A stretch of 64,000 bases of DNA from Octopus sinensis. Lineage: Eukaryota. A program made the position numbers and the translations under genes. Below the pieces are notes generated by a model. That model did no database searches. It was not told the origin of the DNA and saw nothing but the letters and a program-made list of their open reading frames with translations. This document shows, piece by piece, positions 1 through 11,010 of this stretch (within the stretch, counting starts at the first letter, position 1; each line of letters opens with the position of its first letter). Where the stretch lies: the NCBI RefSeq assembly GCF_006345805.1, contig NC_043003.1, positions 35,898,001 through 35,962,000 on the forward strand. The letters are read 5' to 3'.

Positions 1-200
1 GCTTCAAAGATAATCAACCTAAAAAACAAATGCGTGTCACCCGCAGAGGTGCATACGATAAAGACAACGAGCTCTCATTTTATGCTACTGATCAATATTT
101 AATAGAGATAACTTAAGTTACCACCTTATTAAGTATATGTTGACCATTGCTTATCATACCATATGTTTAAATACTTATGCTCGGAACTGGAATAATTTAA

Positions 201-421
201 CCCATTAATGCATAGCGTCCAGAAAAATGAACGCAGGAAAAATTACTATCACTTGTTTCATACGTGTGTATAGCTTGCTTGTTTGTACGCAGCGCCTGCT
301 CACTCAGAGAGCACTAGTTTAGACACAGACTACGCCAAAAATAAGCTCAATAGGTAGTTTACTTAACAAGCAATGGTAATTTTTCCTGCGTCCATTTTTC
401 TGGACGCTATGCATTAATGGG
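201..421. mobile_element. piggyBac-type MITE with 46-bp TIRs
   Basis: TIR cccattaatgcatagcgtccagaaaaatgaacgcaggaaaaattac (201-246) is inverted at 376-421 with 1 mismatch. Ends are CCC...GGG; left flank TTAA (197-200), right flank TGAA (422-425). No ORF. Confidence 0.8.
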
Positions 422-934
422 TGAACATGAATTTTCAGATGAAGATGGTGAGTAGAAAATGCTATGTACTAATCATAATAGACTATTTTGATCATCTCTG
501 TATAATTAACATATAAGTGGAGAAGCTTCCAGGCTTCCTTAGTGCCTTGGTGCCCAACAAAGGAATAAATTACTCTTTTTATTTTGCTTGTTTTCTGATG
601 ATCTGGCCTTATGATGTGATTAAGCAACCATCTTTGTAGCGATTACTGTATAGCAGTGGTATCCAACCTCGAGTCCGCAAAGCTAGTACTGGGGGTCTGT
701 GAACTAAATTCAAAAATTATACATGCATACATATACAAATATAAATATATATATATATATACTACCATTAAAGACCCGTCGTTGCCGGGTCATAGTGCTA
801 GTCCATGTATATATGTGTATATATATGTGTACATATTACATGTACATCTATATATATACATCTACACATAAAATACAAAATACAAAGTTATATCTTGATA
901 TCGCTAGTGATAACAATACACAAAATATATAACA

Positions 935-1251
935 GACTGGAATTGTTAGCCCGTCTCTTGTAATTTCAATCAGTTGTATCATGTCCTCTCTCTTGTATAG
1001 AAGTGTGGCTACAATCCAGCCTACCTCTACTTCGGGGGGGGGGAAGACATTTTAAATTTTTTCCGGGACTTCCTACGTCCCAGATATAAAGGTAAAAATA
1101 AAATATTTCTACTTTGCAAGTTCGATTCGAGTACTCCCTTGCACGCTCCGTTGACTCGAACCTTGCTTCTGTTGTGGCGAATTTACCACCTCTGGTTAGA
1201 TACCTTTTATAGTCGCACCAAGACACTTTTCGAAGGTGCTTTCCTCTATGT
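935..1251 (-). pseudogene. Degenerate relic of a third, more divergent ORF1 (RRM region) of the Tx1/L1-type family
   Basis: RYLTRGGKFATTEARFESTERAREYS aligns with IFLTRGSKYGTVVVHFKSETAARKMA of copy B. In another frame NVFPPPEVEVGWIVATLLY aligns with GVPP..EAEWIVAAVI. Confidence 0.6.
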
Positions 1252-2915
1252 TATTTCTTTATTACCCACCAGGGGCTACGAAGAATGCCGGACATAACAA
1301 AACATGGGGGACATAGAACAATATGATTAAATTTATGAGCAAATGAAAATGAAAAAATGATAATATGAAAGCGATGCTAACGGCCCCCTCCGCCAGCATC
1401 ACTTACCTGTTCTTTTGTTTTCACTGTCACCTGAATGTTCATTCCCAATACAAAGACCATCCATATCCATTCTTACTCCGAAACTGTCCTCCATATATTC
1501 CACGAATTCATCGCTCATTCTTGTATCTTTCACCTCCCAATTCTCTCTTTCACACCTCAACACAAACTCATCTATATTCTTCTTTTCCAGCACTGCATAT
1601 CTGGTCCCATCCATTTCATACCATTCATACTCCTCCATTACCCTTTCAACCTCTTTCTGTTCAGTCACAATATAAATGTTCGGCCTGGGTTCGTTTTCAA
1701 ACTCTTGTCTGTCTGTATTGATATTTTTTTTTTGTTTTCTTGTTGGAGGGGAGCGGGTGGGTTCACTGTCTGCAGGGGAAGGGTGGGATTCAGAGGGTGC
1801 GGGTGGTGTTGGGGTGGGTTGGGGCTTCGCACAGTTTTTCTTTTTCTTTCTTTTTCTCTTTTTTCTTCCTTCTTCCCACTCTTGTTGCATCTCCTCTTCT
1901 TCTGTCGTTTCTTTTTCCCTTTGGTTCTCTTTGGTTTCTTCCTCTTTTGGGGCTTCCGCGACGATTTCCTTTTCTTTTTCCTTTGGTGGGGGAGGGCAGT
2001 AGGCTCTTATGTGACCCCTCAGGCCACACTTGTAGCACCTGGGCGCCCTACCCTCCACCCACACTCTCATAATAATATTTCCAGTTTTTATACTGTCCGT
2101 AAGCTTTTCTATAACTTCCGCCTCCGTCTGTATGTTCATTACTAGTGTGGCACCTCTCACGCCTTCATATTTCATAATGGCGTGGAGGATGTCCACTTTA
2201 TCTTCATTTCCTTTGATAAACGCAGCCGTTATTAATTCGCCCTCTAGGTGTGGCGGTATTCCTTCCACCCTAATTCTGGTGGTCCTTCTATTCAAATACG
2301 AGGGGAATAAGTAAAACTTTTCTGTACTCACCACCTTTGGCTGCTATATTCCTGGCTGCTTTCTCACTTTTAAATTGTACCGTTATGGTTCCATATTCTA
2401 ATCCTTTTGTCATGTACACAATTTCTTCTCCTGTTTGTTTGAAAGCCTCTTCAATTGCTTCCATGTTAATCACTTCCATTTTTCTACCTCCATTCATAAA
2501 TACTTTATATTTAATGGTTCTACGATGGAACCAGTCTCCGCGCCCTGCTAGAGGCAACAGCTCGACCTCTCCGTTCTCCTCCTCCTTCATGAACTCCTGG
2601 AAGTCCGTCAACTTAGCCAGGTCTATCTCTTTTTCTGTTGACTTCTTCGTTATACCTGCGTAGGTGCTTTCCATTTTTTTCACCGCCAACTCCTCCTCCG
2701 ATGTCGACGAATTTTCAGAGAAATTTCTCCCTTCCATCTCATCCGTTTGGTAGAGGCGGCTCATAGTCGCCTCAGACCGAAAAACGGCCTCCCGAACAGA
2801 AAACGTGCGGCGCACAGAACCAGTGCGACGCGAAACCGCACCAACCGACGTTCCAATTCCGCAACCACAATTCACTTTTTGTTCTCTTTTCTTTTTTAAC
2901 CGAATTTTACAGAGC
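1252..2915 (-). mobile_element. ORF1-only non-autonomous non-LTR retroelement, copy A (HAL1-like, Tx1/L1-type ORF1)
   Basis: 5' end GCTCTGTAAAATTCGGT (2915) and 3' end GGGTAATAAAGAAATA (1252) are both shared with copy B. Single gag-like ORF; no endonuclease or RT sequence. Confidence 0.8.
1399..2764 (-). pseudogene. ORF1 nucleic-acid-binding protein (RRM-like region, CCHC zinc knuckle, acidic/basic and Pro-rich linker, C-terminal domain); one frameshift near 2335
   Basis: ORFs 2288..2875 and 1399..2334 join into one protein. VWVEGRAPRCYKCGLRGHIRAYC is a Cx2Cx4Hx4C knuckle preceded by the V.GR.P motif typical of Tx1/L1-type ORF1 (ZCCHC3-like). ATG at 2764. Confidence 0.8.
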
Positions 2916-4585
2916 TATTTCTTTATTACCCACTAGGGGCCACGAAGAGGGGACATTACAAAACATGAGGGACATAAAACAATGCGGTTAAATTATGATT
3001 AAATGAATGTTAAAAATGAAAAAATGATAACATGAAAGCAATGCTAACGGCCCCCTCCGCCAGCATCACTTACCTTTCCGTTTCCTATCACGATTCTAAA
3101 GTCTTTCACCTCACCTTTCATTTCTCTCTCAAACCTCTCTATCATATCATTTCTCATATATTCTGACAAACAATTTATACGTAGTTCATTGCACTTGCTC
3201 ATCAAAGAGCCCATGAGTTCGAAATCGAATACCGCATAACTTCCGTCCTCATACTCCTGCCATACATTGTCTTCAAAAAGCCTTCTTGCATTCTCTGTAT
3301 CTCCCTTCCTCACAACACACAAAAAGTAGGACTGGGGCTTTTGTATGTTTTGTATGTCTGATTTCGTTTTTCTTGTAGGCGGGGAGTGGGTGGGATTGCT
3401 GTTTGCGGGGGAAGGATGGGTCTCCAAAGGTGTGGGTGGTGTTTGGGTGGGTTGGGGCTTCACACAGTTTTTCCTTTTCTTTCCTTTTCTCTTCTTTCTG
3501 ACCTCTTCATACTCTTTTTGCGTCTCTTCTTCATCTGTCGTTTCCCTTTCCATCTGCTTCTCTTTGATTTCTTCTTCTTTTGGGGCTTCCTCTTTTGGAG
3601 TTTCCTCAACAATTTCCTTTTCTCCCGGTGGGGGAGGGCAGAAGGCTCTTATGTGGCCCCTCAGGCCACACTTGTAACAACGTGGAGCTCTGCCCTCCAC
3701 CCACACTCTCATAATCACGTCTCCCAATTTAATGCTCTCCGCCAGGTCCGCCAGCACCTCACTCTCCGCCTGCACGTTCAGCTCCACTGTTACTCCTCTC
3801 CAGCCCTCGGTCCTGACCGAGGCATGGAGAATATCAACTTTCTCCTCGTGGCCGCTGATCACAGCCGCCACAATCCATTCAGCCTCCACGTTGGTGGCAC
3901 TCCCTCCACCCTTACTCGTGTAATCCTTCTATTCATGTACATAGGTAGGAGTGTTACCTTTTCTGACCTCACCGCCCTCACCGCCATCTTCCTCGCTGCA
4001 GTCTCACTCTTAAAATGTACCACTACGGTACCGTACTTCGATCCTCGAGTCAAAAAAATGATTTCCTCCTCCGATTTTCTCAGGGCCTCCTCTATCCATT
4101 CCATTTTTACGATCTCTATTTTCTTTCTTTCGTTCAGGAACACCCTGTAAAGTATAGTCCTCTTATTGTACCATTCCTTTCTCTTTGGCGGTGGTTCCAG
4201 TTCTACCTCGCCGCTGTCCTTCCTCATATACCTCTGGAAACCTGGCAATTTTTCTAGGTTTATTTCATTTTCCTGTTTCGTCTTCTTTTTTGCAACTCCT
4301 GCGTACGTTTTCCTGTTTTCAGTCTCCACATTTTTTACCTCACCGATTTGCTCGTTTTCAGAGTTCGATGTCTCCGACAAGCTCTCAAATATCCATTCTT
4401 CCTCCGACTCCTCCACAAGGGAGTGGTCATCCATCTCCTCCCGCCTGACAGGCCAAAACGGCCGTCAAAATAGAAAAAGTGTAACGCGCAGAACCAGTGG
4501 AACGCGAAACCGCTTTAACGCCGTTCAAAATTTCCACAACAACAACAATTCTTTTTGATCTTTTTTTTACCGAATTTTACAGAGC
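2916..4585 (-). mobile_element. ORF1-only non-autonomous non-LTR retroelement, copy B (diverged subfamily)
   Basis: Same termini as copy A. Its 3' end AAAGAAATA abuts the 5' end of copy A with no spacer (junction 2915/2916). Confidence 0.8.
3044..4434 (-). pseudogene. ORF1 protein of copy B; one frameshift near 3890
   Basis: ORFs 3859..4434 and 3044..3889. RCYKCGLRGHIRAFC knuckle. Hand count gives 50/71 identical residues to copy A around the knuckle. Confidence 0.8.
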
Positions 4586-4928
4586 GCAAAAAAACGCGAC
4601 CTTTTTTCTCTAAATTGTATACTTTATAGACAATAGTCTTTTCTTTAATTTAATTTTTTATTATCCATCTGGACTATTCCATTTTTGCACGCTAATTTTA
4701 TTTTTGATATATTCCCATTCATGTGAAACCACTTATTCAAGTTCAAATCATTGATGCAATTTTATACCAATTGCTATTTTTACTTTTGTTATGTCACTTT
4801 AGTTTGATTTTAATTATTACTTACTACATATAATTCAATTGTTATTATTATTTTTATTGTTAAAGTGAAAGTATCTGACATAAAATAGAGAAACGTTTTT
4901 GTTTCACTTTTAACACGTAATACTGAAA

Positions 4929-5278
4929 TAGTGGAGAAGATATGATATTGCTATGGGTTCGCTCTAGGCAAGAAGTTGAACATATTTTTTGCCCATGAAA
5001 CTACATGGACTCTAAGAAAGGCATGTGTAAAATTTGAATGGAATTGATTGTGTAGTTCTCAAGTTTTAGGGAATCGTAGTGGAGAAGATGTGATATTGCT
5101 GTGGGCTCGCCCTAGGCAAAAAGTTAAAATTTTTTGTCGACGATACTCCCCGGACCCTAAGTAAGGCATGTGTAGAATTTGAATGAAATTGGTTGTGTAG
5201 TTCTCAAGTTTTAGGGAAACACACAGAGAAACAGACTGACAGACAGACACACATTCTCAGTTTTATATATATAAAGAT
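4929..5278 (+). mobile_element. Non-autonomous Helitron/Helentron-like (HINE/DINE-1/Lep1-like) 3' part with two ~148-bp internal repeats
   Basis: Two units start tagtggagaagat at 4929 and 5077. The terminus acagacagacacacattctcagttttatatatataaagat is typical of this class. A related unit lies at ~6130-6210. Confidence 0.55.
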
Positions 5279-5304
5279 GTGTGTGTGTGCTTGTGTGTGT
5301 ATGT

Positions 5305-5510
5305 ATATACCTTCGAAACGCAGAGTAGATGAAACAGAAACAACTGAAGGAGTGGAATATTCCTTGTGTTGTATATCTTGTACTCTGTTTTTTCGTTGTT
5401 TGAAAAAAAGTTCGTTTCCATGTTTTTGTTTTTGTGTTTTCGTTTCTCATATTGTTCAAGGTTTTTATTTTGATACCATGTACCCATATATGCATGTATA
5501 TATACATATG
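5305..5510 (+). mobile_element. Penelope-like element 3' tail fragment
   Basis: cgaaacgcagagtagatg...acaactgaagg followed by a T-rich tail; related to copies at 51790-51880, 52250-52590 and 61060-61380. Confidence 0.45.
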
Positions 5511-6065
5511 TGTGTATAAAATTGTTTCTGAAGAAATTACGTCTTTTCTTTGGTGACATATTTTTTCCAATACTGTAAACAAAAAATTATGAACATAAAA
5601 AGAAATTATACATTAATCCTAATTTTTGTAAGCAGTTCTATCCGTAAACGTTTACTCAGAGAGAGCAGAAATTGAAAGAAGAGAAAGCGAAAAGAGCAGA
5701 GAAAGAAAGTGAAAGCTGTATGTACGTCTATATGAAATGGACGTGTGTGTGTGTGTGAGCGTGTGTGCGTGTGTGTGCGCGTGCGTACGCGTGTGTATGT
5801 GAGAGAGAATGAGGGTGAGAAAGCGAGATTGAGTGAGTGTGTGAAGGTGTGTGTCGTGATGATTGATGTCTTTTAAGGTACATACACATATAGAAAACGT
5901 GACGTCATTGTATAAAATGTTTACGATAGTTGTTTTATAGAAAATATTAAGTTAAATTTTTGAAATGCAAATATGTGAATTAAGATTAATTTGTTGCCAA
6001 GATAGTGCTGTATCTTTAATACACCATACGACAAAATATGTAACTCGGCTTTTGGAATGTGTAAG

Positions 6066-6106
<41 letters not shown>

Positions 6107-6789
6107 ACAGTATCTCACAATAGAGACGTAATACTAAAATAGTGTAAAAGATAAGGGCTTGCATTAGGGAAGAAGTTGGAAATTGTTTTGCCCCATGACA
6201 CTGCATGGACCTTGGCTTTTGTATTTGATACCTGCTGCTTTAAGTATTTTCTTTCGATTTTATGTATATATGTATGTATAAGCCAATGAGGGATACCTCT
6301 ATATGGTAGCTAGACCTGGTAGAAATAGCAGCCAAATCTCCCTCAAAACACCCTAATGTGTTAATCCAATAATTCTGCCTATTATGTAGTTTGAATAAGA
6401 AACTGTAACTAATGATTAAGATTTTTAACCTTAAAATTTTACGCGTTTTAATAGCAATCATTTTTTTTTCTCTTTTGCTTTCCTCGCAGATTTTCAGGTC
6501 AGATGTAAAGGTGGAATGGGTTAACTTGGACTGTGTTAAGTAGTGAAAATGTTTGGTGAATGTATATGGTGGTTACTTTTGACTGTTTCTTCTCAATAAG
6601 GATAACTGATTGATAACGAATCTTAACACAATATATACAACTTCAAGGGGAATTGGATGGCATAAGAGAGACAGCTTAGCGACGGTTTTGGATGACTATC
6701 ATTCTGTACTCCCCTTGTTGCTAGCAAAATGGTATGTGCTTGCTGCATGAGCAACTGGTAACTTTAATGGCGGAACAAACAGGATAAAA

Positions 6790-6965
6790 AGATGACAAAA
6801 ATAGTGATTCTCACTTTGAAACTAACAATTTTGAAAATATTTTTAGATTACGGTACGCCCCGCTATCTCATGTATCCATGTTTAAAATTTCAGCGCGATC
6901 GGATGAACAATATTCGAGTTATAAGCGCACAAACAGACACAGAACGGATTTTATATATTAAGATA
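6790..6965 (+). mobile_element. HINE/Helitron-like 3' fragment
   Basis: Ends aaatttcagcgcgatcggatg...acaaacagacacagaacggattttatatattaagat. The reverse complement of this end occurs at ~25420-25445. Confidence 0.5.
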
Positions 6966-7119
6966 AACAGAGAGAGAGGGCGGGAGAGATAGAGAGAGAG
7001 ATAGAGAGAGAGAAAGAGAGAATTAAAAGAAAGGAAAATAGACATATATATAGACATAGATATAGACATATATCTCCTTTTCCTCTCCTTTTTTTCTCTC
7101 CTTTTTTCTCTCCTTGTTT

Positions 7120-7272
7120 CCCCCTTGTTTTTTCTGTGTCCCTTTCTGTAGAAGAGCGTAGGCTTGAAACGTAAAAAACTTTTTCTATTCCTGAGCGTTA
7201 AACTAATACATCTGTTTGTTTCATACACCACCTGCCTTCGTCTTGTGTTTTATTTTTGTAAACTCTCCCTAT
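7120..7272 (+). mobile_element. Penelope-like 3' tail with a degenerate minimal hammerhead motif
   Basis: CTGTAGA-A-GAGC-GTAG-GCTT-GAAAC-GTA at 7146-7173, followed by a pyrimidine-rich tail. Confidence 0.5.
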
Positions 7273-8586
7273 AGATATAGACATAGATGTATATACGTAT
7301 GTATATATCGGCCTCATATTTTTGCAAAAGGCTAGCAACTTTGGCGGATTACATGATCCCCGTGTTCAACTGACACTTTATTTAGTGACCTCGAAATAAT
7401 GAAAATCAAAGTCGACTTCGGCGGATTGTGAACTCAGAAGATAAATACGGATGAAATGATGCTAAGCATTATAATAAATGACAATATGCAGTACTTCATT
7501 AAAACATTTGCTTCTGCATAATGAATTATTTTCTGCATGAGCTCTAGCGAAAAATATTTTAAATAAATATGAGATAGCATTAGTGTATGATTGCATGTTA
7601 CAATATTTTTTACTCTAGGCGCAGAGCGTAAAATGTTAAGGGATCAATGTAATAGACTATTGCATTGATCCCAGTGCGCACTTGCTATTTATTTCATCGA
7701 CCTTGCAATGATGAAAGGTAAATTCGACTTCGGTGAAATGTGAAATCACACTGTAAAGCTACACTTTTTGATAGACGTGCAAAAGTATCGAACCAGCTCA
7801 CCGCTTAATAATCCTTTCCACTATAATAGGCATAAGGTCTGAAACCTTAGAGTGGGGAGACAAGTCATTACATCGACACCACCCACAGTGTTCAACTGGT
7901 ACTTTTTAAACGACCCGTAAATGATAAAAGGCAGAGAGAACAACCGGAATTTGAAATCAGATGAGTTTCACATAGAATAAATGCAAATTTACTTCTCTTG
8001 CATATGATTCGAGCCTTATCCATAAACGTTAACACCGAATAGAAACCGAGATTTTTTTTTCTCGCTTGTGAGTTTAGTAATTCCCTATTGCACTAGCCTG
8101 TCTAACAACACTGTATAATGCGTTAATGCATATGACTAGACGGATCAGTGAGTAGAGAACCTGTGTTTGACTTTAATGTAAGACGTAGTTAGTAAAACAA
8201 ATTTGCTTTTTAAATGCAAGGCAATATTATCGTATGCGTGTTTATGTATGCATGCATTTATGTATGTATGTACGCATGTATGTATGTATGTATGTATGTA
8301 TGTATGTGTCTGTGTGTGTATGTATATACATGTGTGTATTTCAGAAGACTAACGAGGAGAAGGATGTAGGATTATACTTAGAATGAGAAAAATTATGGAT
8401 ATGTTTATTGCAATATCAGAGGGCTTCACTGCGAGGAGGCTTTTAAATCCTCAGTTAGTTCAATTTTGGCATGCAGTAATATTTTTTTGACACGCTGGCA
8501 TGCAAATTTATAATACATATAGATACATACGCACTCGCACGCACACAAATATATATATATATTTGCACATAAATATATATATATAT

Positions 8587-8676
<90 letters not shown>

Positions 8677-9345
8677 TATACACACATGTAAACGTATGTT
8701 TCTTACTGAATATATGGAAATATTCATAGACCAACATTTATCTATCTACTAGTGGCTCCTATTAATATTTACGTAGCTCTTAAAGTATTTACTACCGCAG
8801 CTGTTTTAAGGAAGTACACAACTAAAATATAGACACAAACAAAATCGGGTGCATACGTACATTCAGGTATACATGCATACCCATATATATAAGTATATAC
8901 ATATATATACACACATATATACATACATGCACACACACATATATATACATATATATATATATATACACATATTTAGATAGATAGATATAGATATAGATAT
9001 ATGTATACATATATAGGTATATATGTTTGTATGTATGTATCTATGTATATTGCTCGCTGTTGGCATACTGGTTTACAGCGAAGATACTTTGAGAAATATT
9101 AGCATTAGTTGAGTAAATATTATTAGTGATTATATTGTAGTTTAGTACTTTCAATATTTATGATCATAAAAGAATTGGCGTCTATAATTGTATTTTACAT
9201 TTTCTTCGGGTTTTTATGTGTTATGTTCTGTTTTGTATGTATTTTAATGCATGCTAGTATACACTAATATGTGTGCGCATGTATGTGGGCAGGTGTGCCC
9301 GCGTATGAATGTGTGTGTGTGTGTATGTGTGTGTTTAGATAGATA

Positions 9346-9691
<346 letters not shown>

Positions 9692-10612
9692 TGTTGGTAT
9701 TCATATAAGTATGTATGTAAACAGTAAAGTGTGTGCAAATGCGTATGACAACTATCCAGAATGAATATAAAAAACTTCTACAATTTGTAACACTTTAAAA
9801 TGGATGAAAAGTACAGTTGTTAGGTTTTTCGAACTCAATTGATTTTTTTTACTAAATGGTGATTTTAGGGACACAATATTAATATTTTGCACTTGGTTGA
9901 TCAAAGTATATTACCTACAAATTTGTTACTTTTCATATATTAGTAGCTTTACGTTTGGTTGACTTTCATTGGACATACTTAATACTTCGTTTCAGTGAAA
10001 TATTATGCAGTTATACGTTCACAACTTAGTTTGATATTACCAAAGCGCATAAGTTTTATAATACACTTTAGAAATCTTAGTCTCCAGTTGCTTGATCACA
10101 CTGAACTATCGTATGAATTATCAGCTTACACAAATATTCTACGTGCTGAAAATGTTTTATCAAAATACATTGAGAACTAATATTTTTTATCAATCTATTC
10201 TCATTTCTGGTTAACCCGCGCTATAAACAATGCTGTATGGTTGTTGCTTTGTATCCTTTTTCATATTGCAGCGTCTGGTTGACATATTTGTGGCACGCAA
10301 TACTGGTTTGTATTTAACCCTTAAAAATCGAAGACAACAGATGAGTGTTTGGTATTATTGCCGAACGACCTGCACAAATTATTTGCTTATGTTGGCCAAA
10401 GATATGTGCTGCAAATTAGCTCACTCGTTCCACCAAATCCACGTTGCTTAAACAGGTTCACCGGATGCCAAGCATCAGTTGTCGAAGTGATCGCAACGTG
10501 ATATGAAGTGTTTGCTCAAGAACACAACACGAACCACCCGATCTAGGAATTGAAACCACGATCTCGAGGTTGTGAGTGCAACACCCTAAACACTAGACCA
10601 TACGTCCTCACA

Positions 10613-11010
10613 AGGCGTGACTGTGTGGTAAGAAGACTGCTTTCTAACTACATAGGTCTGGGTTCATTCCTACTGTGTGGCACCATGGGCAACCGTCTTC
10701 TGATATAGCCGATCAAAGCTTTGTCAGTCGATTTGGTTGACGGAAACTGAAAGAAGCCCATCATATATATATATGTATATATTTATGTGCATGTGTCTTT
10801 ATGTATGCGTTTGTCCCCCTCCAGCGCTTCACAACTGGTGTTAGTGTGTTTACGCTCCCATAGTCTAGTGGTTCGGTAACAGACACCGATAGAATAAAGG
10901 TCAGGTTTTAAAACATAAGTCCTGGGGTCGATTTCTTCGACTAACACCCTTCACAGCAGTGCCCCAGCCTGGCCGCAGTCAGATGACTGAAACTAGTAAA
11001 GGATAAAAGA
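10613..11010 (+). mobile_element. Abundant tRNA-derived SINE with an internal microsatellite
   Basis: Head gcgtgactgtgtggtaagaag..gggttca; body ttggttgacggaaactgaaagaagccc; tail gtgccccagcctggccgcagtcagatgactgaaac..aaaga. Further copies or halves at ~31690-31915(-), 39185-39745, 42650-42835, 46130-46500, 47030-47280, 57630-57940(-), 58950-59390(-), 62678-63168. Confidence 0.75.

Noticed and set aside
654-700. hAT-like TIR start CAGTGGTATCCAACCT (similar CAGTGTTTCTCAAA near 25850)
   Set aside because: No matching opposite end or 8-bp TSD found.
1399-4434. Interpretation as LTR-retrotransposon/retroviral gag or as a host ZCCHC gene pair
   Set aside because: No LTRs, PBS, protease or pol; intronless, frameshifted units with shared retroposon-like termini fit ORF1-only non-LTR elements better.
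1435-4558. Plus-strand ORFs overlapping the ORF1 elements (e.g. 1435..2145, 3386..4150)
   Set aside because: Antisense shadows of purine-rich, low-complexity coding sequence; F/L/S-rich with no motifs.
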